Counted from the whole stretch's first letter, positions 1-9,679 are shown. The stretch is DNA of 63,378 nucleotides, filler included, from 4 parts of 4 records of this genome joined end to end with filler, not necessarily neighbours in it, one strand, 5' to 3'. Numbers and translations are program-made. The notes: generated by a model not told the origin, from the letters alone.

Positions 1-1
1 T

Positions 2-109
2 AAAGGTTGGTGGGGATTTGCTGCACTTATTGAAGAGGGTAAGCTAAAACACGATGGAAAAAACTACCCAATTGAAAATGGTGCTCTAATGTGGATCAAA
101 GCGTACTAG
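2..109 (+). CDS. 3' end of DUF4198/NikM-like periplasmic nickel-uptake protein (partial)
   Basis: Frame from nt 2 reads KGWWGFAALIEEGKLKHDGKNYPIENGALMWIKAY*. GWWGFAAL is typical of this family, and it lies directly upstream of cbiM. Confidence 0.65.
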   Translation, partial: KGWWGFAALIEEGKLKHDGKNYPIENGALMWIKAY

Positions 110-110
110 T

Positions 111-704
111 ATGCATATAGCAGATGGTGTATTAACCTTAGAGGCTACAGTTGTAGTCTCTACTCTCTCTTTAATCGCTTTAATTAAAGCTGTACGTGAT
201 CTTAAAAATGAAGATATCTCCTTAACTTCTGTAGCGAGCGCTATGTTTTTTATCGCTTCATTTATCCATATCCCCTTTGGGATCACCCAGATACATCTTA
301 TTCTGCTGGGTGTAATTGGGATTTTAATATCATGGAGTGCTTTTATTGCTATATTTGTTGCTCTTTTATTACAAGCCCTACTTTTAGGATATGGTGGTAT
401 TGTAAGTATTGGTGTCAATCTATTTATTATGGCAGCACCAGCAGTAATAATCCACTATATATACCACACAACTCTTATGCAAAAACTAAATAATAAGATA
501 CGTTTTTTTCTTGTAGGATTTTTAGGAACATTTTTTGCTACACTTTTTTTAACGATGATCTTGTATTTTTCAAAAGAGGAATATAATTATGCTGCATTTA
601 CAGTATTTTCGGTTAATATTATCACCATGATTATAGAGGGGATTGTAAGTATGTTTTTATTGCTTTTTATTAAAAAAGTTTATCCTAAAATATTAAAGGT
701 CTAA
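111..704 (+). CDS. cbiM: Ni/Co ECF transporter substrate component CbiM/NikM
   Basis: N-terminal MHIADGVL metal-binding signature; hydrophobic multi-TM protein. Confidence 0.9.
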   Translation: MHIADGVLTLEATVVVSTLSLIALIKAVRDLKNEDISLTSVASAMFFIASFIHIPFGITQIHLILLGVIGILISWSAFIAIFVALLLQALLLGYGGIVSIGVNLFIMAAPAVIIHYIYHTTLMQKLNNKIRFFLVGFLGTFFATLFLTMILYFSKEEYNYAAFTVFSVNIITMIIEGIVSMFLLLFIKKVYPKILKV

Positions 705-705
705 T

Positions 706-1116
706 ATGAAATATCTTTTTTTATTCTTAATTTTTCTAAACATCTCATATGCCCATAAAGTAAATCTTTTTATCACGGAAGAGAATGGGACTTTAGATAT
801 CTACTCTTATTTTGCCAATGGTGCACCATGCAAAAACTGTGGACTTCTTATTAAAGATGGTGATCAAATTATTTTAAACGATCATTTAAATAAACAAGGA
901 AAATATCAATATAAACCAACAACTAAAAATATTGAAGTTATAGTAGATGCAAGTAGTGGACATATAGCACAAGAGAAAGTAACTGTGGAAAATATCAAAC
1001 ACGAAGATATAAAAATCCACAAAGAGAAAGAGCAAAATGAAGAGTATCTCAATATTCTTCTTGGACTTATTTTGATCTTTGCAGGTTTTTTTGCGCTCAA
1101 AAAAATAAAAAAATGA
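706..1116 (+). CDS. CbiL/NikL-like auxiliary component of the Ni/Co transporter
   Basis: Signal peptide ending AHKVNLF, DASSGH motif, C-terminal TM anchor; lies between cbiM and cbiQ. Confidence 0.7.
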   Translation: MKYLFLFLIFLNISYAHKVNLFITEENGTLDIYSYFANGAPCKNCGLLIKDGDQIILNDHLNKQGKYQYKPTTKNIEVIVDASSGHIAQEKVTVENIKHEDIKIHKEKEQNEEYLNILLGLILIFAGFFALKKIKK

Positions 1117-1763
1117 ATACAAAAGAATCTTTAAAACTTATCAACTCTTTTTTATACTCTTTTATAGTGGCTTTTTCACCACTACATTTTTTATTTTTAC
1201 TCCCTTTATTTATTGTACTATTTTGTGAAAAAGAGTTTTTAGCACATATCTTTAAAAAGCTATTATTGCTGAATTTTTTTATTGTAGTATTAGTTGTATT
1301 TGTCTCTTTACATGATACAAATCAAGCTATTGAGCTACTAATAAGAACCAATATGATACTTCTTTTTAATATCACCCTTTTTCATAGATCAAAGGGATAC
1401 GATATCATTAGAGGATTAGATGCCCTGAACTTTCCACCAAAGATCGTGAGTGTCTCTTATTTTACCCTTTCTCTTATAAGCTACTTAAGCAATGACTTTA
1501 AAGAGACAAAAAATAGTTTAAAAACAAGAGGGTTTCGTAGTAATACTTCCATGTTTACATATCAAACTTATGGTAATATCTTTGCCATGATATTTATAAA
1601 AGCCCTCAAAAAATCAGAAGATATGAAACTGAGTATGAATGCCCGTGGATTTGAAGATAAAATCTTCTTTTTAACCTCACAAAAAGTAGATATTTTTGAG
1701 AAAACTCTTTTTGCTGCGATCATACTTATTTCAATAAAGGTAGGTTATGAGCTGTTCAATTAA
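1113..1763 (+). CDS. cbiQ: ECF transporter T component CbiQ/NikQ
   Basis: TM protein with TRG and ARG motifs; overlaps both neighbouring genes. Confidence 0.85.
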   Translation: MNTKESLKLINSFLYSFIVAFSPLHFLFLLPLFIVLFCEKEFLAHIFKKLLLLNFFIVVLVVFVSLHDTNQAIELLIRTNMILLFNITLFHRSKGYDIIRGLDALNFPPKIVSVSYFTLSLISYLSNDFKETKNSLKTRGFRSNTSMFTYQTYGNIFAMIFIKALKKSEDMKLSMNARGFEDKIFFLTSQKVDIFEKTLFAAIILISIKVGYELFN

Positions 1764-2397
1764 CTTAAGGAAAATCTCCTATAGCAATGAGAAAGAGACT
1801 CTTTTAAAAGAGATCGAGCTTAATCTTGGACATGAAGAAAAAATAGCAATCATTGGTGCCAATGGAAGTGGGAAAAGTACTTTACTTAAAATCATCGCAG
1901 GACTTACACCTCCAAGTGATGGGTATCTTGAAATATTTCACAATAAGATAACTTCACTCAAAGAGTTTAAAAAATATAGAAACGATATAGCATACCTTCC
2001 ACAAGATGTAAGCAATCACTTTTTATGCCCAACTGTTATAGAAGATGTGATATTTTCACTTCGAGCAAGAGGTGAAAGTAAAGAGAAAGCTTTAGAAAAA
2101 GGGGAAAAGATATTAAATGATCTCCATATCGCTCACCTAAAAGAGAGAATCATCTTTGATCTAAGTGGTGGGGAGCAAAAGATCGTTGCTCTTGCAGGTC
2201 TTTTGATATTGGAGCCAAAGATATTACTTTTGGATGAGCCTACAAATGCTTTAGATGAAACTTCTGAGAAGAAAATAGTAGATATTTTAAACTCTATTAA
2301 AAAATCTATGATTATAGTTTCTCATCATAAAAGTTTTATAGAGAGTCTGGCTCCAACTATTTATAAACTTGATAAAAATCAATTAGAAAAAATCTAG
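1747..2397 (+). CDS. cbiO: ECF transporter ATPase CbiO/NikO
   Basis: Walker A GANGSGKS, LSGGEQ signature, LLLDEPT Walker B. Confidence 0.9.
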   Translation: MSCSINLRKISYSNEKETLLKEIELNLGHEEKIAIIGANGSGKSTLLKIIAGLTPPSDGYLEIFHNKITSLKEFKKYRNDIAYLPQDVSNHFLCPTVIEDVIFSLRARGESKEKALEKGEKILNDLHIAHLKERIIFDLSGGEQKIVALAGLLILEPKILLLDEPTNALDETSEKKIVDILNSIKKSMIIVSHHKSFIESLAPTIYKLDKNQLEKI

Positions 2398-2412
2398 AGA
2401 AGGAGAAAATAT

Positions 2413-2994
2413 ATGGGTAAAATAATAAATACACTTGCTATAAAAATAATTGCTTTTGCCTCTATAGTTATAGGGAGTTCTTTTATTATCACAAATATTT
2501 ATGCGGTCATGGTAGAGCCTGAGATACCAGAGCTTGAAGATCATGCTCATCCACATATTGAAGAGGTGAACTTTCAAAATGCAGATGATCTTGTAAAAAG
2601 TAAAACAAAAGCGGATATCACTTATGCTCAGATGATGGCTGGTATGGGAGAAGGTTTAGGTATGATTCAAAAAGGGATATTAACTCAAAATAAACTTTTA
2701 GTGGAATCTGGAGTATATATGATAGACGCCCACCCTGCTCCTAGACATAAGCCTTGGAGCATTATGAAAAAAGAGGATCAAGATAGCTTTAAAAAAACAT
2801 TGCTATCATATGATAAATTATTGCATGATGCAACCAGTGAGATTTTACAAGCGCTAGATGAAAAAGATTGGATCAAAGTAAATGAGAAAGCCTATATGCT
2901 TTCAACCCATTGTATAAGTTGTCATACCGCTTGGCAAAATAAAACGATACATTATAAACTTATAAAACAAAATACCACAAAGAAAGGAAAATAA
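2413..2994 (+). CDS. Membrane-anchored class II (c'-like) cytochrome c
   Basis: N-terminal TM helix, predicted helical body, single C-terminal CISCH haem motif. Confidence 0.7.
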   Translation: MGKIINTLAIKIIAFASIVIGSSFIITNIYAVMVEPEIPELEDHAHPHIEEVNFQNADDLVKSKTKADITYAQMMAGMGEGLGMIQKGILTQNKLLVESGVYMIDAHPAPRHKPWSIMKKEDQDSFKKTLLSYDKLLHDATSEILQALDEKDWIKVNEKAYMLSTHCISCHTAWQNKTIHYKLIKQNTTKKGK

Positions 2995-2995
2995 T

Positions 2996-3790
2996 ATGTG
3001 TAAAGATTGCGGATGTAGTATAACGGACCATGATCACGATCATGGACACTCACATGACCATAGCCATGGAGAGCATCACCATCACCACCATCATCACGAT
3101 GATAAAATGGAGAATGTTCATGCAAACCCACAGTTAAATGATAAAAAAACTGTTGATGTGATCAAAAAGATCTTAGATAAAAATGATCATGAAGCAGCTC
3201 ATAATAGAGCTCACTTTGATAAAAATAATGTTTTAGCGATCAATCTTATGTCGAGCCCAGGAAGTGGGAAAACTACCCTTTTAGAAAAACTTGCTGATAT
3301 GAGTGAGTTTAAATTTGGTGTAGTTGAAGGGGATCTTGAAACTAGTAGAGATGCAGATAGATTAAAAGCAAAAGGGATTCCAGCTCACCAGATACAAACA
3401 GGGTCTGCGTGTCACCTTGATGCATTTATGGTTCATAAAGGACTTCATGATATGCCTTTAGAGGATATTGATGTATGTTTTGTAGAAAATGTAGGGAATC
3501 TTGTATGCCCAGCTTCATATGATGTGGGAACTCACTTAAATATCGTCCTTGTATCAGTTCCTGAGGGAAATGATAAGATCGAAAAATATCCAGTGATGTT
3601 TAGAAGTGCTGATCTTATTTTGATCACAAAAACTGATCTACTTCCACATTTTGATTATGATATCGAGCATGAAAAACAAGTGGCTAGAAAACTCAAACCA
3701 AATGTAGATATTTTGGAGCTTAATATCCATGATGAATCAACTATTAAAAAAGTGATCCAATGGATTGAATTTAAAAGAACAATGAGATAA
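2996..3790 (+). CDS. hypB: Hydrogenase nickel incorporation GTPase HypB
   Basis: MCKDCGC N-terminus, His-rich tract, SSPGSGKT, ACHLDA, ENVGNLVCP, TKTD. Confidence 0.97.
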   Translation: MCKDCGCSITDHDHDHGHSHDHSHGEHHHHHHHHDDKMENVHANPQLNDKKTVDVIKKILDKNDHEAAHNRAHFDKNNVLAINLMSSPGSGKTTLLEKLADMSEFKFGVVEGDLETSRDADRLKAKGIPAHQIQTGSACHLDAFMVHKGLHDMPLEDIDVCFVENVGNLVCPASYDVGTHLNIVLVSVPEGNDKIEKYPVMFRSADLILITKTDLLPHFDYDIEHEKQVARKLKPNVDILELNIHDESTIKKVIQWIEFKRTMR

Positions 3791-3801
3791 GGGAAAAATA
3801 T

Positions 3802-4086
3802 ATGTGTCTTTCGATACCAAGTAAAGTTACTAAAATAGATAAAGAAAACAACATGGCTACAGTTGATACAATGGGTGTATCACGAGAAGCAAGTCTTGAT
3901 CTTATGGAAGAAGGAAGTATTAATATAGGTGATTATGTACTCCTTCACATTGGATTTATTATGAATAAGATTGATGAGGAGGATGCTTTAGCTTCATTAG
4001 ATACTTATAAGGAAATCTTAGAGAAAATGGATGAAATGGAGCTGGAACAAACCATCAATGAAAGTGATAATTGCCCCTCCAGATAA
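3802..4086 (+). CDS. hypC: Hydrogenase maturation chaperone HypC
   Basis: MCLSIP N-terminus; GDYVLLHIGF. Confidence 0.97.
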   Translation: MCLSIPSKVTKIDKENNMATVDTMGVSREASLDLMEEGSINIGDYVLLHIGFIMNKIDEEDALASLDTYKEILEKMDEMELEQTINESDNCPSR

Positions 4087-4098
4087 CTAACATAATGG

Positions 4099-6795
4099 TT
4101 GAAAACCGAAAGGATAGTTATGGAAAACCTCTTAAAAAAGAACTGGCACAGTTTAGATGAACAGGAGATACTTGACACTTTAAAAAGTGATAAGAAAAAA
4201 GGTCTTCTTTCATCAAGCCTTCAAGAAAAAGAAAAACTCTTTGGAAAAAACCAACTCAAACAAAAAAAACAAGATAGCAAACTCAAAATCTTTCTGATGC
4301 AATTTCATAGTGCACTCATCTATATTCTTCTTGGAGCTACGATCGTTACTGCACTTTTACAAGAATGGATCGATAGTGGAGTGATCTTTGCGGTTGTTAT
4401 TATCAATGTGATCATAGGATATCTTGAAGAGGTAAAAGCAGCAGAAGCAATAGAATCACTCAAAAATATGATGGTCTCAAATGCAACAGTGATAAGAGAT
4501 GGAAAAACTATCACTATCTCTTCATTTGATATAGTTCCTGGAGATATCGTCCTTTTAGAATCTGGAGCCAAGATCCCTGCAGATATGCGACTTTTGGAGA
4601 TCAAAAACCTTAAAGTGGATGAATCTATGCTCACAGGAGAATCTTTGCCTGCTGAAAAAAACCTCGAATCACTTGATGAAGACACTACCCTTAATGATAG
4701 AATCAATATGGTTTTTTCAGGTACCTATGTCACCTCTGGGCGTGCAAAAGGGATAGTCGTAGCCACTGCCAATGATACTCAAATAGGTAAAATATCTACA
4801 CTCATTGATCAGTCAGTACAAATAGAAACTCCTCTTACAAAAAAAATAGACTCTTTTAGTAAAGTACTTTTATATGTGATCTTAGGATTAGCAGCACTAA
4901 CATTTACTGCTGGGATATTAAGAGACAATAGTATGGTTGATATGTTTATGGCTTCAGTTGCTTTAGCAGTTGGAGCGATTCCTGAGGGACTTCCTGCTGC
5001 TGTTACTATTACACTTGCTATTGGTGTTAGTCGAATGGCAAGAAAAAATGCGATCATTAGAAAACTTCCTGCAGTTGAAACTCTAGGAAGTGTTACAACG
5101 ATCTGTTCAGATAAAACAGGTACATTGACTCAAAATAAGATGACCGTTACAAATATCTATTGTGAAGAGAAGAAGTATAAAGTAGACGGGTCTCATAATA
5201 CTCTTGAGGGAAGTTTTTTATTAGATGATTCAAAAGTAGATAAACTTAGTGATCCTTTATTAGAAACATTAAAAGCTGGATATCTTTGTAATGAAGCAAG
5301 TTTAGTAAAAAAAGAGAATTCTATTGAGACAAGTGGAGATCCAACTGAAGCAGCATTATTGATCAGTGCTTTAAAAGGTGGTCTTGATGAGAACTCACTA
5401 GAAGAAAACTATGAAAGAGTTGATATCTTACCTTTTGAATCTCAAAACCAATATATGGCAACTCTTCATTTAGATAAACAAAATGATACTAAAAATATTT
5501 ATATAAAAGGCTCAGTTGAAAAAGTACTTCCAAAATGTAATAGAAAAGATGAAAAGAGTATTTTACAAGTGGTTGAAGAGTATGCAAGTATGGGACTTCG
5601 AGTTTTAGTGATCGCTAAAAAAGAGACCTCTTCTAAAGAGATCAAAGATGATGAACTTAAAAATGAGTTTACCTTTTTAGGACTACAAGCGATGATGGAT
5701 CCTCCAAGAGATGAAGCTGTAGAAGCGGTAAAAGAGTGTTTAGATGCTGGGATAAATATTATTATGATCACAGGAGATCATGCCCATACAGCTTTTTCTA
5801 TCTCAAAAATGCTCTCTATTACAGATGAAAAAAGTGACTTTGAAAAAGTTGTCTTAAGAGGAGCAGAGATCTTAAAACTAAGTGATGAAGAGCTTCAAGA
5901 GAAAGTAGCTACTGTTAAAGTATTTGCCAGAGTTGAACCTGAACAAAAACTTCGCATTGTCAATGCTCTTCAAGCAAGAGGTGAGATCATCGCCATGACA
6001 GGTGATGGGGTCAATGATGCACCAGCTCTTAAACAAGCTGATATCGGTATCGCTATGGGAAAAGGTGGAACAGAAGTAGCCAAAGAAGCTTCCGATATGG
6101 TACTAAGTGATGACAACTTTCAATCAATAGCCAATGCAGTCAAAGAAGGTCGTAATGTCTTTGATAATCTTGTCAAATTTATCACATGGACACTCCCTAC
6201 AAATCTTGGTGAAGGCTTAGTAATTTTATCTGCAATTATGCTTGGGATGACCCTACCGATCCTTCCAGTTCAAATCCTTTGGATCAATATGTCTACCGCT
6301 ATTTTACTCGGTCTTATGCTTGTGTTTGAACCAAAAGAGCTTGATATTATGGAGAGACCTCCACGAGATCCCAAAGAATCGATACTTACTAGATCAATGG
6401 TGATACAGATGCTTGTAGTTGGGTTTTATCTCCTTATTGCTGCTTATAGTATGTTTGAATATTATATCAATCAAGGGTATACAATAGAATATGCAAGAAC
6501 AATTGCTGTAAATATCTTTGTTTTTACAGAATTATTCTATCTTTTTAGCTGTAAACAACTACAATTATCCATCTTTAAAACCAACCTTTTAAATAATAGA
6601 TATTTACTTTTAGGAGTTGGTATTATGATACTATTTCAAATAGCATTTACCCATCTAAGCGTGATGAATACACTTTTTGAAAGTGAACCACTTGAACTGA
6701 TAACTTGGATACATATTTTAGCTGTGTCTATATGTGTGATCTTTGTGGTGGAGATAAAGATGCTAGTTGAGCGAACTTTAATAAAAAAGAAGTGA
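4099..6795 (+). CDS. Cation-transporting P-type ATPase, P2A-like (probable start ATG 4120)
   Basis: TGES, PEGL, DKTGT phosphorylation site, TGD, GDGVND; about 10 TM segments. Confidence 0.93.
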   Translation: MKTERIVMENLLKKNWHSLDEQEILDTLKSDKKKGLLSSSLQEKEKLFGKNQLKQKKQDSKLKIFLMQFHSALIYILLGATIVTALLQEWIDSGVIFAVVIINVIIGYLEEVKAAEAIESLKNMMVSNATVIRDGKTITISSFDIVPGDIVLLESGAKIPADMRLLEIKNLKVDESMLTGESLPAEKNLESLDEDTTLNDRINMVFSGTYVTSGRAKGIVVATANDTQIGKISTLIDQSVQIETPLTKKIDSFSKVLLYVILGLAALTFTAGILRDNSMVDMFMASVALAVGAIPEGLPAAVTITLAIGVSRMARKNAIIRKLPAVETLGSVTTICSDKTGTLTQNKMTVTNIYCEEKKYKVDGSHNTLEGSFLLDDSKVDKLSDPLLETLKAGYLCNEASLVKKENSIETSGDPTEAALLISALKGGLDENSLEENYERVDILPFESQNQYMATLHLDKQNDTKNIYIKGSVEKVLPKCNRKDEKSILQVVEEYASMGLRVLVIAKKETSSKEIKDDELKNEFTFLGLQAMMDPPRDEAVEAVKECLDAGINIIMITGDHAHTAFSISKMLSITDEKSDFEKVVLRGAEILKLSDEELQEKVATVKVFARVEPEQKLRIVNALQARGEIIAMTGDGVNDAPALKQADIGIAMGKGGTEVAKEASDMVLSDDNFQSIANAVKEGRNVFDNLVKFITWTLPTNLGEGLVILSAIMLGMTLPILPVQILWINMSTAILLGLMLVFEPKELDIMERPPRDPKESILTRSMVIQMLVVGFYLLIAAYSMFEYYINQGYTIEYARTIAVNIFVFTELFYLFSCKQLQLSIFKTNLLNNRYLLLGVGIMILFQIAFTHLSVMNTLFESEPLELITWIHILAVSICVIFVVEIKMLVERTLIKKK

Positions 6796-6799
6796 AAAA

Positions 6800-7927
6800 A
6801 TGAGTGAATTAAACTTAAAAGACCTTTACGATGGATTTAGACAACCAGAAGTGATCAAATCCTATGCCAAGCTAATCAATGAAGAAGCAAAAAAACTAAA
6901 TAAACCAATCAATATTATGGAAGTATGTGGTGGTCACACCCACTCCATTATGAAATATGGACTCAATCAACTACTTCCTTCTAATGTAAACTTCATCCAT
7001 GGACCAGGGTGTCCAGTATGTGTGATGCCAAAAGAGCGAATCGATCATGCCTACACCCTATCATTACAAGAAGATGTGATCTTAGTCACTCTTGGGGATA
7101 TGATAAAAGTACCAGGGAGTGAGGGAAACTTACAAGACGCACGTGCAAAAGGTGCTGATGTACGATTTGTCTATTCTCCTATGGATTGTTTAAAAATTGC
7201 GAGTGAAAATCCTACAAAAACTATTATCTTTTTTGCCATAGGATTTGAGACCACTACTCCTATGACAACAGCACTTTTAAATCAAGTGATAAAAAAAGAT
7301 ATCAAAAATATCCTTTTTCATATCAACCACATCACAGTCCCTGAACCTATGAGAGTATTACTAGATGATCCTACAAATACAATAGACGCCTTTATAGGAC
7401 CAAGCCATGTAAGTGTAATAAGTGGAAGTAAAATATATGATGAGTTTGCCACTCATTATAAAAAGCCTGTAGTAGTAAGTGGCTTTGAACCAGTGGACGT
7501 AATGGAATCAGTTCTTATGATCTTAAAACAGTTCAATGAAAACAGATGTGAACTAGAAACCCAATACTCAAGAAGTGTAAATAAAGATGGAAACCTAGTC
7601 GCTCAAAAACTAAACGACACTTACTTTAAAAAAAGAGATCATTTTAGATGGAGAGGGATTGGTGATATTCCTGGGAGTGCTCTTAAACTAAAAAATGAAT
7701 ATGCTTCATATGATGCTGAAGTGATCTATAAAGAGATACTTCCAACAAAACTAATAGATGATCATAAACTCTGTATCTGCGGAGATATCCTAAAAGGAAA
7801 AGCCAATCCAAAAGACTGCAAAGTATTTGGAACAGCCTGTACACCATCTAGTCCACTTGGGAGTTGTATGGTGAGTAGTGAGGGGGCTTGTGCTGCTTAT
7901 TATAAGTATGGAAATATGGTTAACTAA
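6800..7927 (+). CDS. hypD: Hydrogenase maturation protein HypD
   Basis: CGGHTH, GPGCPVC, GFETT, PSHVS, CMVSSEGACAA motifs. Confidence 0.98.
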   Translation: MSELNLKDLYDGFRQPEVIKSYAKLINEEAKKLNKPINIMEVCGGHTHSIMKYGLNQLLPSNVNFIHGPGCPVCVMPKERIDHAYTLSLQEDVILVTLGDMIKVPGSEGNLQDARAKGADVRFVYSPMDCLKIASENPTKTIIFFAIGFETTTPMTTALLNQVIKKDIKNILFHINHITVPEPMRVLLDDPTNTIDAFIGPSHVSVISGSKIYDEFATHYKKPVVVSGFEPVDVMESVLMILKQFNENRCELETQYSRSVNKDGNLVAQKLNDTYFKKRDHFRWRGIGDIPGSALKLKNEYASYDAEVIYKEILPTKLIDDHKLCICGDILKGKANPKDCKVFGTACTPSSPLGSCMVSSEGACAAYYKYGNMVN

Positions 7928-7931
7928 ACTA

Positions 7932-8444
7932 TTACCTATTAGAATATCTTCTTGATATTCTTTTCCCTTTCTTATCTATAATTATTTGGGAATATAACTC
8001 ATCAATTTTATTATTATATTGAGTAATTTTATCCATATTTCTTGCTATTATAAAAAAAGGTATACATAAAAATAACAAATATTGAAAACTAAACTCTTCA
8101 CTTTTAAAATTTAATAAGTTATTATCAAGTTCTTCCTTACTGTCAAGATCTTTTTTTCTAAGTTGATTATAATTACGTGCTGCTGCTTGAACCATATCTG
8201 AATCATTTTTAATCATACCATTTCTTAAGGAATGTAAAATTGTATTATATTCTATCTCATAAAACTGATGCCGTTCTGCATATATTTTATTTATTCTTTT
8301 TTCAAGCTTCTGTTCACTATTATAAACAAAAGCCAAAAAACCCAAAATAAAAATCATACTTAATTTATACCATATATCAATATTGATATTTAAAGAGTCG
8401 ATTTTACTTTTATATTCTTCTATTTTAATTTCTTTGTATTCCAT
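7932..8444 (-). CDS. Hypothetical membrane protein with two TM segments
   Basis: 170-aa AT-rich ORF converging on hypD; two hydrophobic segments. Confidence 0.6.
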   Translation of the reverse strand: MEYKEIKIEEYKSKIDSLNINIDIWYKLSMIFILGFLAFVYNSEQKLEKRINKIYAERHQFYEIEYNTILHSLRNGMIKNDSDMVQAAARNYNQLRKKDLDSKEELDNNLLNFKSEEFSFQYLLFLCIPFFIIARNMDKITQYNNKIDELYSQIIIDKKGKRISRRYSNR

Positions 8445-8527
8445 TGGTTCCCTTATATTACTATTAAATTAAAACTTATTATATATAAATTTTATGTAAT
8501 ATTTGAACAATACTTAGTATTTATACA

Positions 8528-8556
8528 TTGACATCAGTATTTAATAATAGTATAAT
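8528..8556 (+). promoter_or_regulatory. Sigma70 promoter of the toxin-antitoxin operon
   Basis: TTGACA-17 nt-TATAAT, a perfect consensus. AGTATTT occurs three times across it and an AATACTTAGTATT palindrome lies just upstream (possible operators). Confidence 0.8.
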
Positions 8557-8587
8557 AAAATAGTATTTTATCTACTAAGGATATATT

Positions 8588-8845
8588 ATGATAACGATAA
8601 ATTCAAGTGATATAATCAAAAAGCCCTCATACATTACTCAACCCAAAGATATAACATTTGTAGAAGATGCTAAAAAACATATTATAAAAAGTGTAGTAAT
8701 TCCTGCTAAATATATAGATTTGATAAAAGAAAAGCTTGAAGATATAGAGTATGAGCTTTGGTTAAAGAGAAATGAAAAAGGTTTAGCACAAGATTTAGAT
8801 GGTCTTTTTGATGAAGCTACTGGAGAAATTGGAGATAAGCTGTGA
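8588..8845 (+). CDS. Putative antitoxin
   Basis: Small protein with an acidic tail; its stop overlaps the toxin start (GTGA). Confidence 0.7.
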   Translation: MITINSSDIIKKPSYITQPKDITFVEDAKKHIIKSVVIPAKYIDLIKEKLEDIEYELWLKRNEKGLAQDLDGLFDEATGEIGDKL

Positions 8846-9189
8846 TAAAGCAAAAAGAGGTTTACCTTGTAGATTTTGCTAAAAAATATAATAGTGATTT
8901 TGGCAAAATAAGACCTGCTGTTATAGTTCAAAATAACTTTTTAAATAGAACAATTGAACGAAACAAATATCAAAGTGTTATGGTAGTACCTTTAAGTTCA
9001 ACAACCATAAATGATGATTTCCGTGTGGTAATAAAAGCTAGAGATAATCTAAAACAAGATAGTGAATGTGTAGCAAATTGGATATGTACATTAGATATAA
9101 ATAGAGTACAAATTGATAAAGGTTTGATTACTACATTGAGTGATGAAGAGTTTGAAGATTTAAAACAAAAAATTTGTAATGTAATGTAA
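8842..9189 (+). CDS. PemK/MazF-family endoribonuclease toxin
   Basis: GKIRPAVIVQN and VVPLSS motifs; 115 aa. Confidence 0.9.
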   Translation: MIKQKEVYLVDFAKKYNSDFGKIRPAVIVQNNFLNRTIERNKYQSVMVVPLSSTTINDDFRVVIKARDNLKQDSECVANWICTLDINRVQIDKGLITTLSDEEFEDLKQKICNVM

Positions 9190-9197
9190 GGTAAATA

Positions 9198-9413
9198 ATG
9201 TTTAAAAATAGTACTATAAAAAGTTTTGTATTAAAAAAAGAGATTGTTGAACAACTAGAAGAATTAGCTAAAATTAAAGATGTATCTATAACAAAAGTTA
9301 TGGAAGAGCTTATAGAAGATAGATACTATACCTTGGTTAATGAAAAAGCATTATCAAAAGAATCATATCAAGAGTTTTTAGAAATTGAAGAAGTTTGTGA
9401 GGATCTTAAATAA
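9198..9413 (+). CDS. Ribbon-helix-helix (CopG/RelB-like) small protein
   Basis: KSFVL strand, then IVEQLEELAK and SITKVMEELI helices; acidic C-terminus. Confidence 0.6.
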   Translation: MFKNSTIKSFVLKKEIVEQLEELAKIKDVSITKVMEELIEDRYYTLVNEKALSKESYQEFLEIEEVCEDLK

Positions 9414-9550
9414 TGAAATATATACTTTTTTTAATACTTTTCACCCTCTCCCTCTTCTCGTTCGAAGTACAAAAACCAAAAATCTACAATGATCAAGATA
9501 TCTCAGGCTGGGTGATGAGTGAAAAGCTTGATGGAATAAGAGGATATTGG
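9413..9550 (+). CDS. ATP-dependent DNA ligase with signal peptide (LigE-type), partial at the contig end
   Basis: Hydrophobic leader, then SEKLDGIRGYW (motif I, KxDG). Confidence 0.85.
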
Positions 9551-9650
9551 NNNNNNNNNNNNNNNNNNNNNNNNNNNNNNNNNNNNNNNNNNNNTTAATT
9601 AATTAANNNNNNNNNNNNNNNNNNNNNNNNNNNNNNNNNNNNNNNNNNNN
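9551..9650. other. Artificial contig linker
   Basis: N44-TTAATTAATTAA-N44 (stops in all six frames); gene content changes across it. Confidence 0.98.
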
Positions 9651-9679
9651 GTGCTCTGAACCAACTGAGCTAATCGCCC
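9651..9679 (-). tRNA. 5' end of a tRNA truncated by the contig edge (probably tRNA-Val; anticodon not visible)
   Basis: Minus strand GGGCGATTAGCTCAGTTGGTTCAGAGCAC = acceptor 5' strand plus D-arm. Confidence 0.8.

Noticed and set aside
9595-9606. TTAATTAATTAA palindrome, repeated at 38665 and 58223
   Set aside because: Artificial six-frame-stop linker embedded in N runs; not biological
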